Below, in pieces: positions 37,715-49,300 of a stretch of 64,000 nucleotides of DNA. Positions within the stretch are counted from its first letter, which is position 1. The number at the start of each line of letters is the position of its first letter. The position numbers and the translations under genes are program-made. Where the stretch lies: assembly GCF_053078305.1 (NCBI RefSeq), contig NZ_CP166879.1; one strand, 5' to 3'. Under the pieces are notes generated by a model. It was not told the DNA's origin, did no database searches, and worked only from the letters and a program-made list of their open reading frames with translations.

Positions 37715-39233
37715 ATGACCACAAATAACTATCTGGAATATTTTCTGACTCTGCTGGGCTGGGTGGTGAATAACGGTCTGTGGAATGTGTTGATCAGCAC
37801 AGGACTGTTTGCCCTGCCACTGGCATTCAGGATCATCGGGATCTGGCTGAAAGTCAGGGAAGAAGGTGCGGATGAGGGAAACAAAGGGATGCTTTCCCTG
37901 CCGCGTATTGAGCATGTTCTCTATGGTGCTTTTTTTGTGATGATATCCTGCTGTGTTCCTCTGGTACAGGTGACGCTGGATACGCTGTCATTCGATAAAT
38001 CCAGGGCACAGACCTGTGGGGTATGGACACCTGAAGAGCCCGGAGAGACGGGGTACAGTGGGGTGATCAGCAGTATAGGGGATCAGACTGCTGCAGCCCC
38101 GGTATGGTGGGTGGTGGTTCATAAATTGTCGAAAGGTGTCACCCAGGCGGCAGTGGCTTCGATTCCGTGCCGGCCTGATTTGCGCCAGTTGCGTTTTGAG
38201 ATCCAGCGAACGTTTATAGAAAACAGGGCACTTGCTGATGAGCTGCAGGACTTTATGAACGACTGTTATTCACTGGCACTGTATGTGGAAACAGCGTGAT
38301 CAGGGGCAGAGTAAAGATAAAAAAGTGCTTGATGATATCTCCTGGATAGGGAGCGCCACATTCATGCAGGGGGATTACGGGACGCTGCAGTCAAAGATGC
38401 CGCGGGCTGCGTTCCCGTGGAATACAGCACGTGACAGCGGACGACCGGATACGGGGCGGGGAGGCTATCCGACATGCCGGGAGTGGTGGAGTGACAGTAG
38501 TGTGGGGCTGAAAAAACGGGTCATGGAGGAGGTCAGTGACCATTACTGGTTACGTCTGTCAGCTGCAATGAAGATGATTGGCAGTAGTCAGGTGGATTAT
38601 AAGGAGGAGGTGATCAAGCGTCTGGTGAGTCCGGCAAACCTGACGCTCTCTCAGGGGGGAGAGGTGTATCGTGGCTATGGTGGCAATGCAGATATGACGA
38701 CTATGAATGCGGTGGCCCGGATTGCGGGAACGGCGGGCAGTGCGGTAGCAGCACTGGGTGCGTTTCCGGCACTGGATGCAATGCGGCAGGCACTGCCGAT
38801 GGTACAGTCGATAATACTGATGGCGATTTACATCATGATACCGCTGATTCTGGCGTTTGCGGCATATGAACTGTCGACGTTAATCACACTGACGTTTGTG
38901 GTGTTTGCGGTACACTTTCTGACGTTCTGGTGGGAGCTTGCACGGTGGCTTGACAGCTGGATGCTGACGGCGCTGTACAGTTCGGATACACATACCCGGT
39001 TCAATATGATGGGATTCCAGAACACATCGGATGATCTGATAATGAATCTGGTGATGGGGACAATGTTTCTCGTCTTGCCGGCAGTGTGGCTGGGTGCGTT
39101 GTCCTGGGCTGGGGTGAATATGGGCTCTGTGGTTGGTGATACTTTTGGAAAAAGTACAAGTCATACCTTTCAAGCTGCATCAAAAAGTGGTGATCTTGCA
39201 TCTAGTGGAATTTCAAAAGGTATGAATAAATAA
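37715..39233 (+). pseudogene. traG: TraG-like conjugal transfer protein (TraG_N-type), apparently split by a frameshift near 38283-38299
   Basis: Two overlapping ORFs in different frames (37715..38299 and 38283..39233) together give about 510 aa with multiple TM helices typical of TraG_N. Could be a genuine frameshift or a sequencing error. Confidence 0.6.
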
Positions 39234-39235
39234 GA

Positions 39236-39267
39236 AAAAGTCCAGTATAATTTATACTGGACTTTTT
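39236..39267. terminator. bidirectional rho-independent terminator after traG
   Basis: Perfect inverted repeat AAAAAGTCCAGTATA-ATT-TATACTGGACTTTTT, with A/T tracts on both sides. Confidence 0.65.
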
Positions 39268-39671
39268 GAATAAGTATCATCATATGAAAGGCGTTTTTAT
39301 TTGTGTTGGTGAAATAAATGGAGATTCAATTTCTGATACAAATGGTGATTTATAAGATAGGTCTAAGGGCATGTCGTTATTATTTTTAATAACTGAAGCA
39401 GATTGTTTATTAGCCAAAAATGCACAAGTGACCTTTTTTACAAGGGAGTTGAAGGTCCATGGATTATCCATCGGCTTACAACGCCACATTGCTTTTTCAG
39501 ATTCGTTATTCATATCTATACCCTCGGCGCAGGATAAATAACACAGTGTTATCATACGTCTTGTATGATAAATGTGCAATCACATGTCTTCCATTTGATG
39601 AGAGGCTGTGACGCCACATTACCTTGGGACACGGGGATTCTGTTGAAATGATCCATCTGAGAATGTATCTT

Positions 39672-39692
39672 GTTGTTATGTTATAACATGGG
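39672..39692. promoter_or_regulatory. Zur-box-like palindrome upstream of ykgM
   Basis: Palindrome ATGTTATAACAT inside TGTTGTTATGTTATAACATGG, about 15 bp upstream of the ykgM start. ykgM-ykgO is the classic Zur-repressed operon. Confidence 0.4.
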
Positions 39693-39701
39693 TGAAGACA
39701 G

Positions 39702-39965
39702 ATGAAACCAAATATCCATCCTGAATACCGCACAGTAGTGTTCCATGACACGAGTGTGGATGAGTACTTTAAAATAGGTTCTACCATCAAAACAGAGCGC
39801 GAGATTGAACTGGACGGTGTGACGTATCCGTATGTGACGATTGACGTTTCCTCCAAATCGCATCCGTTCTATACCGGTAAACTTAGAACGGTGGCATCAG
39901 AAGGCAATGTTGCCCGCTTTACTCAGCGTTTTGGTCGTTTCGTTGGGACTCAGAAGGGGGAATGA
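39702..39965 (+). CDS. ykgM: 50S ribosomal protein L31 type B (zinc-independent paralog)
   Basis: 87-aa protein [31 protein letters not shown]... lacking the Cys zinc ribbon; followed by an L36 paralog. Confidence 0.9.
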   Translation: MKPNIHPEYRTVVFHDTSVDEYFKIGSTIKTEREIELDGVTYPYVTIDVSSKSHPFYTGKLRTVASEGNVARFTQRFGRFVGTQKGE

Positions 39966-40105
39966 TGAAAGTGCTTAATTCTCTGCGAACGGCCAAAGAG
40001 CGACCTCCTGACTGTCAGATAGTGAAGCGCAAAGGGCGATTGTATGTAATTTGTAAATCCAATCCTCGTTTTAAGGCTGTTCAGGGACGCAAAAAAAAGC
40101 GTTGA
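39965..40105 (+). CDS. ykgO: 50S ribosomal protein L36 paralog
   Basis: 46-aa [49 protein letters not shown], start overlapping ykgM stop. Below the ORF-track size cutoff. Confidence 0.85.
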   Translation: MKVLNSLRTAKERPPDCQIVKRKGRLYVICKSNPRFKAVQGRKKKR

Positions 40106-40588
40106 TTCCGAAGCTTGTACATAGACTGTGAGCAGTGCTCAGACATGATTTATGTCGGTACATTAGCATTGATGTGTGTCGGCATTAATTAATTTTTGTG
40201 GATGCGTTCTATCATTCATATCTTCCTGTGCTTTGCTGCTTGATGGGAAATCCTCTTCCAATATCACGGCGATGTTCACTTTTTGCGTAAGTGGACATCG
40301 CTGCGTATTTTTTGTTAGTTGGGGTTTGAGGCTCAGTGGAACAATAACCGCCGTTAAGCGGTCATTTTAAATAGCCAAAAATCAACCCAAAAATCAACCA
40401 GCCAATTTACATCGTGAATCTGCGTTCTTGGCTATCTGTTTTGGGGGGGCCAAGTTGGCTTTAGTCATCCTGGCCGTTTGCGGAACAAAAGACGTTGTTG
40501 ATCTCAACAGATTGATTTACCTGTTATTGACCATTCAATTGAACCGCTTAACCGCCTTTTGAGTTCCACTACTCCCCAAACCCCTAGT

Positions 40589-41683
40589 TTAGTTTTTAGT
40601 TTCCAACGGTGGTAATTTTTCAAGTGTCAGTAGTTCCTGCCCCTTTACCCGACGGCATTGGGAAGCTGCATCCTGAAGTTTTTCGCGAACGTTATTATCA
40701 TAGTCGGGATCCAATAGTTGGTATTGAAGACTATCTTTGTATGATTGAATGATATTTAGTGGACAGATAAGGCGTATATCACCGAGTGAATAAAGTTTTA
40801 CTGCCTTAAGTAAATAGTATTTTTCATCTGAAGAGCGAGCACTCTGCCAGGCTGAGTTTCTGAAATATTCAGCAGGATATGAGGTGGTCGGTATTCCATA
40901 AACATGAGGAGTCAAGTCCATGATTCCTGATATTTTAAGGAAAATAGTTAGTATTAGAGCTGGAACCATATGCACAAACGTAAAAATGAAGGCTAATATT
41001 CCAGCCATGATTCCGCCAGTCACAATTACCTGATTTAGCAAGCTGGTGCGGGTTCTTAACCTGAGGAAAACAATACAGGGAATAAGTGAAAAAATAATCA
41101 GAAGAATTGATAATACTATAACACTCAACACCTGCCAGAACTCGTTTATTCCTTCCGGGAATTCCAACGTATGAAGAAATAACTCAAGAGGAATAATATA
41201 TATGCAGGCTGCGTGGGTGAATAGCGTTGACTGTACAATATGCATGGAAAGAAACTTTTTGATCTGCTTCCACTTACCCTCTGTGCTTATCTGTCTATAA
41301 GTAATAGAGCCATTGAGACACAGAGAAAGTATAAAACTGCAAATCCAGATAATGCTTAACTGAAGTAGCACATATTGTTCAATTTCTTTTCCTGCGTTGT
41401 ACATGAGGAAAAAATAACCAAAAAATATCAGTGTTGATAATAGCGAGGTCAGAAGAACGATTTTGATGTTGTTTTCCGTCAGTTCATTCCGGAAATCACT
41501 TTCCCCTGGATAATTGGAAATATAGAATCCTGCCACTAGTGAGGGCATAAATAACGCCATGCAAAATAGGAGTACGCTGATACAAGCAAAGACCATCAGA
41601 TAACTGAACAATGATGAAAAAGAAATACTGTCAAAAAAAAGTCCTGTTTGTCCAATACGCGCAAGATGTGACCATATAAACAA
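40589..41683 (-). CDS. polytopic membrane protein of unknown function (low GC)
   Basis: 364-aa ORF with about 8 predicted TM helices and a C-terminal soluble tail; AT-rich codon usage unlike surrounding DNA. Confidence 0.5.
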   Translation of the reverse strand: MFIWSHLARIGQTGLFFDSISFSSLFSYLMVFACISVLLFCMALFMPSLVAGFYISNYPGESDFRNELTENNIKIVLLTSLLSTLIFFGYFFLMYNAGKEIEQYVLLQLSIIWICSFILSLCLNGSITYRQISTEGKWKQIKKFLSMHIVQSTLFTHAACIYIIPLELFLHTLEFPEGINEFWQVLSVIVLSILLIIFSLIPCIVFLRLRTRTSLLNQVIVTGGIMAGILAFIFTFVHMVPALILTIFLKISGIMDLTPHVYGIPTTSYPAEYFRNSAWQSARSSDEKYYLLKAVKLYSLGDIRLICPLNIIQSYKDSLQYQLLDPDYDNNVREKLQDAASQCRRVKGQELLTLEKLPPLETKN

Positions 41684-42026
41684 TGCTACAATAGAAGTTG
41701 ACGCGATCGGTGTAAGGATTGTTAAAAACCAAGCACATAGTTTTATAAAATGTTTGTTTACTCTGTAATTTTCTATATTTTAGTGTCCATTCAAAGTTTG
41801 ACATATGATCTAGCTAATGACTCCATTTTTGGGCATTGCTTACCAACATACCTCTTATGTGTATTACTGTGAAGGAGAACGATGAATAGCGACTATTCAC
41901 GTGGATCTCCACAACAACCATCAATATTCCAGCCATTATCATTCCCGGTATCCTTACCGGCATTACCTGTAGAATCGGTTATTGTTGTTGCCCTATAACA
42001 CACTTTTGTGGCTATAACGTTTATAG

Positions 42027-42521
42027 CTATCGACAAAAAACCATATTAATTCTTTTGGAAAAAAGAAAATAAGGTATCCATATAACAACACCAAATATTC
42101 CACTCACTAATAATCTGATATTATCTGAATCCAGCTGTACGTCAAAAAGAATAGCCGGTAATAAAGTAAGATAGAGAGCAATAATCAGTCCTGTTGCATA
42201 ATAAGCGATCATGGCTTTTCGAGTTCCTTTTTTGCGTCTGAAAAACAACCACGTTGCATAAAGGGAAACAATGAATCCACATATCAGCAACACAAATGCC
42301 CCCATAGCGTAATAAGATAAAAAGCCAGTTTCATTGAAATAATTGAATGCAGTTATGGTAAAACTGTAAAGTTCAATAGTACTACCAATAACACCCAAGA
42401 TAAGTCCCAGAGCAGGAAGATATAATAGTCCATTAATTTTACTTAACTCTTCTCTTTCACAGGCATCACACAATCCCGACTCTTTGTTTGCTTCTGACAT
42501 TTTACATTTTATACATTCCAT
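42027..42521 (-). CDS. zinc-ribbon plus four-TM membrane protein of unknown function (low GC)
   Basis: N-terminal CxxC...CxxC (MECIKCK...CDACE) followed by four hydrophobic helices. Confidence 0.5.
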   Translation of the reverse strand: MECIKCKMSEANKESGLCDACEREELSKINGLLYLPALGLILGVIGSTIELYSFTITAFNYFNETGFLSYYAMGAFVLLICGFIVSLYATWLFFRRKKGTRKAMIAYYATGLIIALYLTLLPAILFDVQLDSDNIRLLVSGIFGVVIWIPYFLFSKRINMVFCR

Positions 42522-42606
42522 TTTTTATTCCATTATTCATTGCGTTACGATAATGTTTAGTTTTTTAAACATCCCCCACCACATGTATGGGGATTGTTGC
42601 AAATCT

Positions 42607-42862
42607 CACTTAGGATCTGATGGTGTTTTCTTACGGGAGTTAAATTTATCTATTAAATTAAATACTATTGTAGCTAATGTTATTGCTGTTCCTGCTATAC
42701 AACCAAAAACGATAGCTCTTTTAAACTGATTCACTGGAAAATAAAACCCATCACCTTTAAAAAATAAAAGATTGAAACCGCCCCTCCCAGAAATAGTAAC
42801 ATGACTATAGATGATAAACAGCTATAAAGGAACAATATCACATAACTATATAGTTGTTTCAT
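42607..42862 (-). pseudogene. degenerate orphan cdiI-like immunity gene (frameshifted paralog of 43100..43348)
   Basis: DNA is homologous to cdiI; translation from the ATG at 42862 stops after about 42 codons, and the conserved C-terminal part (...IVFGCIAGTAITLATIVFNLIDKFNSRKK) continues in another frame. Confidence 0.5.
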
Positions 42863-43103
42863 TTTTTCTTATCCTCTGACGAACCTTTCGGTTTATTGAG
42901 TTATTGGCTCCTTCAGGTAACTCACCTTTGGCAAGTTTATCCAGTCCTGCCTGCTTCTGTTCCGAGGTGAGATTATTGGCATCAGCATACTGATTCCATG
43001 AGGAAACCGCCTGACCATAACTCACCATTCCTGATGGAAGACTGAGCGAGTTATTCTCAACAACAATCCTAACCGCAAAGGTTGGGATTGTTGTTAATCT
43101 CAC
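42846..43103 (-). CDS. orphan CdiA C-terminal fragment (VENN-containing, truncated)
   Basis: 85-aa ORF containing VENNSLS and a segment (SWNQYADANNLTSEQKQAGLDKLAKG) paralogous to the start of the main CdiA-CT; lacks the Gly-rich toxin core. Confidence 0.5.
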   Translation of the reverse strand: MRLTTIPTFAVRIVVENNSLSLPSGMVSYGQAVSSWNQYADANNLTSEQKQAGLDKLAKGELPEGANNSINRKVRQRIRKNETTI

Positions 43104-43348
43104 TCAGGATCTGATGGAGGTTTTTTACGAGAATTAAACTTATCGATCAGATTAAAAACTATCGCTGCTAGTGTTATCGATGTACCTGCTATGCACCCAA
43201 ACACAATAACTCTTATCATTTGGTGGGTCGGGAAAAAAAAGAATCCTTTTGTTAGGTAAATAAATAAAGCTCCTCCCCCCATCAAAAGAAATCCACTGAT
43301 GATACAAAAGAGGCATGCATATATGAACAATACAATGTAAGCAATCAT
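43100..43348 (-). CDS. cdiI: CdiI immunity protein (small two-TM membrane protein)
   Basis: 82-aa ORF whose start overlaps the cdiA stop (ATGA); two hydrophobic helices. Confidence 0.65.
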   Translation of the reverse strand: MIAYIVLFIYACLFCIISGFLLMGGGALFIYLTKGFFFFPTHQMIRVIVFGCIAGTSITLAAIVFNLIDKFNSRKKPPSDPE

Positions 43349-46300
43349 TTCCCCTCCTCCTTCTTCGCGCTAGAAGAGAACTGATTATTACTACTTGCTT
43401 CTTTTATATATCCACCAAGAAATTCACTACCAAAAGATCCTGTCGCATCAAATATAAATCCCGGAAACTCTTTCCCAGTAACTGAGTTTACTATTCCGGG
43501 AGCATATACTCCAAATGCTCCACCCAATCCGGCCCCGGCAGCAGCCCCTCCAATAGAGCCTGTATTTGGACCATCGGTAAAGAATGCACCACCCATCGCA
43601 ATTCCGACGTTTTGTCCGACAGTTCTCCCCGGCGCAAGCATACCCGCAATGCCTGAACTGGCACTGCTTTTCCAGTCCCAGTTTTTGTTTTCATTACCTG
43701 GCTGGCTTAAATCAAACCACTGGTAACTTCCATTGGCTATCTCCGCGACGACTCCACCACTGACCATTTTACCGACCGAAGCAGCAGGCCCCAGATACCA
43801 TGCCCCGGCAATCATTACACCATCCTGATATCCATCCACGATCACTTTCGTGATATTGGTGCTGTCCGGCATATCACCTTTCGCTATCTTATCCAGTCCA
43901 GCCTGTGTTTGTTCCGGTGTCAGATTATTGTCCACCGCGTACTTGTTCCATGATGTAGCCGCAGCAGCATTGCTTTCAAAACCATCACCGAAGCTGAGCG
44001 CATTATTCTCAACCGTCGTCTTACCTGACTGTGCTCCGGCTACCGCTGAAGCTCCCGAATCTCCCACCAGACCACCGGCCAGGCCGGCAGCAACCGTTGC
44101 CAGTGTCGAGACCGTCTGCTTCTCTGTCCCGCTCAGTTCACTCACCGGCTTACCGTACATCTGTGTGGCTATCATTCCCACCACCTCGCCGGTGGCTGCG
44201 CCTGCGGCACCAGCCAGAGCATTCTTACCCTGTGCCAGAGACAGGGCTGCATTCACTACTGCATGAGCTGCCACACGTCCCGCACCGTCCGGGGTGGTCT
44301 GTTTGATAATTTCAGCAATATACGGTGCTGCACCACCTGCCAGGGCTGCACTCAGATTACCGCCGGCCAGCCCCTGTACTGCTGCCGTTGCGGCCTGTAT
44401 CGCCTGCTGGTATTTGCCTCCCGTTCCAAAACCTGAGGCCGCCATACCGTTATTGTAGGCCCGCTGCGCCACATCCTGTTCCGTGAACGGTTTTCCTGCT
44501 GCCTCAAGCTCCTCACGGGCCTGATTCAGTGCTGCCGGGTCCCGCTTCGCTTTCTCACCAGCTATCTGGCCTTCCGTTCTGGCAATATCTGCCACCTGGT
44601 TACCAATCTCACCAATGAGCTGCGCCTGCTGCAGTCGCTGCTGCTCTTTTTCCCTGTCAAAGATGGGGGACAGCGTCTGGTTTGCATGTGCTGCGTCACG
44701 GTTCAGGTCTGCCACATCCTGTTTCTGGCTCTGCGTATCCCGGATGGTGATATTCCCGGCAGACACAGCCGACTGAGTGGTGCTTTCTGCATGGCCTTCA
44801 TGATTTGCACCAACCAGCAGATTGTTGGCCATATTTCCCGCGAACTGGCCACCGATGCTGCCGCCAGTGCTGATACCCACGCTCTGGTGTTCAACTTTGT
44901 AATCAGCACGATTTTCGATATCACGGAAGCCCAGTGTACCGGTATCCAGCCGGTTTTTATCTGCCGTTGCCGTGGACGCAATCACCGCACCGTTCAGTTG
45001 CGTATGCTGTCCGGTGGTGACATCAAACCCGCCCCTGCCGGCAAAAATCCCCGTCTGCTCCTGCACACTGTCATAGTTACTGTGCATTTTATCCCGGCTG
45101 AGGCTCACACTCGCCGAACCGCTCATGGACCCGAAAGTGAAGCTGCCTCCGGCACTGGCATTCTGCTGCTTACTGTCATAACGGTCACTGTCCTGCTCAC
45201 TGGTCAGTGTCAGATGACGACCGGCATCCACTTTCACCGTTTCACCGCCGGCCTGCACGCCGGTAAGCGTGGTGTCCCGCCCGCTGATAATGGTCAGGCG
45301 GTTTCCCGCATCCACCGTGGTTTCTGTATGGGTGGTACCGTTGCCTTTTTCACTGCCCTTACCCTGGTTTGCGCTGGCTGAAACACTGATACCCCAGCCT
45401 CCGGCCCCCACACCGATACCGACACCCACACTGCCGCCACTGGATGAGTTCTTTCCTTCCAGCTTTGACGTGTTTTCTGCTGATACCAGATTCACGTCAC
45501 GGTTTGCCTGCAGCAGAACGTTGTTCCCTGCCTTTATCTGACTGCCCTGTATCGTCAGGTCACCATCCACGTCCTTCACGCCGGAGCCGGTGGCCTGAAT
45601 ACTGAGGTTATTACCTGCGGTCAGGGCGCTGTTCTTCGCCACCGTCTGCTCTGACTGCTGTTCTGATTTCGAAGACTGGCTGCCGTAAGAGAGGCTGATA
45701 CCCACGGCATTGTTATTCTCTTTCTGGTTGCCCTGTGCTTCTGCCAGTCGTCCGGCCTGCACGGCCTGAGCCCCCGAGAGCGCGGCCTTCACCCCCTGCA
45801 GGGCTTCAAGCCGGCTGTTTCCGGCAGATTTCGCCGCCTGCACGGTCTCCACCGTCGTGTTCAGGGCGCTGCCCACTGTGCCGGACAGGGCAAGCGTCAG
45901 ACCGGAGGTTTTCTGCTCCACCGAATGCGTCTGCACATGCCGGTCTGTGACGGCGCTAATGCTGACCTCCTTACCACTGAGTGCCATGTCCCTGCCGGCA
46001 ATCAGGTCAGCACTGTTGGCGCTCAGCCGGTTACCTGCCTGAAGGGAAACATCACCGTGAACACTCCCCACCGTGCTGCCTTTCTGTGTGCTGTCTGTTG
46101 CGGTGTCCGTGACTTTCAGACTCTGGCTGCCCACACTGAATCCCACACCTCCGGAGCTCATCAGCCCGGATTTTTTCTCCTGTTTCAGGTGTGTTTCACG
46201 GTTGCTTTCTGTCAGCGTGCCGATACTCAGGTCATTTCCGGCAGCCAGGGAGACACGGTTATCCCCGGCCACACTGCTGCCCGTGACGTTCAGATTATGT

Positions 46301-49300
46301 CCGGCACTGATACTGACCGTATCCCCGTTCAGTTCACTGCCCGTCATGGTCCGGCGGTCAGTGACATCATGCGTGGTTGTGGTGGTTTTCGATAACATCC
46401 CGCTGCTGCCGGTCACTTTATGGTATTCATCCAGCGAGCGGGTATTCTGTGCACCGGTCAGCGTCACGTCATGACCTGCCATCAGGGCCAGGCCTTTCTG
46501 AGCTGACAGCGATGCCGCCTGTGACGTCATATCCCGTCCGGCGGTCAGCGTGACATCACCGTTACCGGCAAGCGTGCTGCCCGTACTCTGTGTGACGCCC
46601 TGCGACAGACGATTATTTTTATCCCAGATAATATTGTCCTGCGCGGAAGTGGTCACTGTGGAAAGCGTCATATCCCTGCCCGCACTGAGTTGCGTCAGGC
46701 TGTCCTTACCCTGATTCACCACCGTTGCAGCCGTCAGATTCATATCCCGTCCGGCCTGCAGCACCAGTCTTCCCTGGTCGTTCTGCACATACACGCCGGC
46801 CACACTGTCGATACTGGTACGTTCAAAATGGTTCTGTCCGGCGTCGCGCTGTGCCGTACGGGTGGTGGTGGTCAGACTGATATCCCGTCCGGCCATCGCC
46901 AGCAGGCTGTCCGTGGCCTGCAGCAGCCCGCCGGTACTGTTAATATCCGTCCGGGCCGTCAGGCTGACATTTGCTCCCTGAATGGAGCCGGCCTGGTTGT
47001 GAATGTTTTCTGCACTGAGCTGCACGGTCTGCTTCCCGGCCAGTTTACCGCTGTTAAACAGGTCACCATCCAGCTTCATCACCATGTCCCTGCCGGCAAT
47101 CAGCGCACCGGCACTGTTCACATCACCGGGTTTTACACGGGCATACACCTGAGGTACCTGAACTGTCTGCGTGCTGCCGTCCGGCAGTGTCACCGTGGTG
47201 TTAACCAGCCAGACAATATCCCCGGTCAGTAACGCCATCTGCTCAGCCGTCAGCGCCACACCCGGTTTCAGGTTGTATTGCTTACCAAATGCAATACCCG
47301 CATCCATTAATGCCTTAAACTGCTCTTCATCACTGCCGTATCTGTCCAGGTACCGTTGCCCGGTCAGAGCGACAACCTGCTCTCGAATCAGACGCTGCTC
47401 GTAAAAACCGTCTCCCAGACGTTTGAGCATGTTATCCCCGTTCTGAGAAAACGCCTTCTGCATGTAATCACTGCCCAGCCACATCTTCTGGTTCGTAAAA
47501 CGCGGGTCCGTTTCAACCAGATATGGCACATTCACTGCCGGATTTGTTTTAAACAGACTGCTGTCCGGCAGACGGGTATCCGGCCCGGCAACATGGATAC
47601 TGCCCTGAGGTGTGCTGACTTCAAACTGCTGCCCCGGCAACAGAATGACCGGTTCACCGGCAGACACCACCGGGCGAAGCGGTATCCGGTCAGTAGCGGC
47701 TACTGCCGCATCCACATTTCCGGCCTGTCCTGTCTGTACATCCGTTCCCTGTGGCTTCAGAGGAGAAAGCGTGACCTGGCTGCCCTGAATCTGTCCGTGG
47801 CTGGTGAGCTCTCCCGGCTTCAGCGTAATGCTCTGAATTACAGTGGGCGGAGTGTACTGAGAGGTTTTCTCCCCCTGCTTATCCTTTCCTTTTTTCCTGA
47901 TACGGTAATAATACGTGGATGTTCCTGAGTCCGTAACATGCCGCTCGCCACTGACACTGACATTTTCCACGCTTCCTGACGGAATGGTCAGCAGGCCGCC
48001 TGCAACAACCTGACTCTTATCATTAAGCAGTTTGTCTGCCACAATCGTCATGCCGGCACCGGACAGAATTTTTCCCGGGTCGGAGTCTTTTACCCGGGTT
48101 TCTTCCACGGTACGGGTGTAATCATACTGCGTGAATTTATCTCTGGCGCCTTCCGGTGTATGCAGTTTTTTCAGTGAGTTACTGGAATCGTTATCCACAT
48201 AAACGCCCGGTTCACCGGCGCTCCAGCGTTTATCTGAGCCGCTGAGCTGATACTCAGTCACCTTTTCCGTGGAAACCACCACGCGCTCCGTGGTGAAATG
48301 GTCATTGACGTTATTGATTTGTCCGGCACTCAGTACCAGATATCCGGCGGCTTCAATAGTGGCACTGTGATTATTCAGTACACCGGCTTTCCCCGTGGCG
48401 GCACCATTCGCATCCAGCATGCCACCAGTATGCATATCACCTGCACTGTAAATCAGGCTGTGCGTCCGGTTATTCAGGGTCTGTACCCCTAAGTCCACAC
48501 GCTCACGCCCGGCCAGCGTCGCCGCCACGCCATTTTCTTCCAGATTATTAAATGTGGCAGCGCTGACACCAACAGCATCGCCGTAGATTCGCCCGGTACC
48601 GGAATTCGTCAGGGTGTTCGCCTGAAGATGCGTATATTTCCCGTCAATCAGCCCACGGTTCAGCAGTGTGTCCGTCACGTTAAGCCAGGTCTGCCCGGCA
48701 CTGATTTCACCTTTCTCTGTGTTTTCAAGGCGGATGCTGTTCAGGTCAAGCCGGCTGCCTGCCAGCAGGCTGCCGGTATTAGAGACATCGCCATTAACGG
48801 AAAGCGTAAGGTTTCCGTTCGCAATAGTCTGACCACTGTTGCTGAACGTTGTGTTACTTTTCAGCGTCATATCGCCCAGCGAAAGCAGTTTCCCGTCACC
48901 ACCGAGCTGACCGGCATCCACAGATACTGACTGCCCGGCCTTAACCACGCCGTCACGGTTCGAAAACGCCAGCTGACGGCCACTGACAGACAATGTCGCG
49001 CCGGAAGAGAGGACGCCGTCATTATTACTGAGCGTCCTGTCTGCCATAACCGTAAGCGCCCTGTCTGCCAGAATACTGCCCTCCTGGTTATCAAGGTCCT
49101 GCGTCGTGATGTGTATTGTCTGCGCTTCCAGCCCCTGACCGGTATTCTGCGTGTGGCGATTGATAAACTGCAGGGCGTTCAGCGTAATGGCGGAACCACT
49201 GCGAATCAGACCAGAGACGTTGTCCACAACGCCCCGTACACTGTTGAGCAACATGTCGCCCACAGACTGTATTTGTCCGTGGCTGTTCTGCAGACCTCCC

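Noticed and set aside
39280-39856. Minus-strand ORFs (99 and 116 aa) in the AT-rich region between traG and ykgM
   Set aside because: They overlap the ykgM promoter/Zur-box region, have no RBS and an AT-driven composition; likely spurious.
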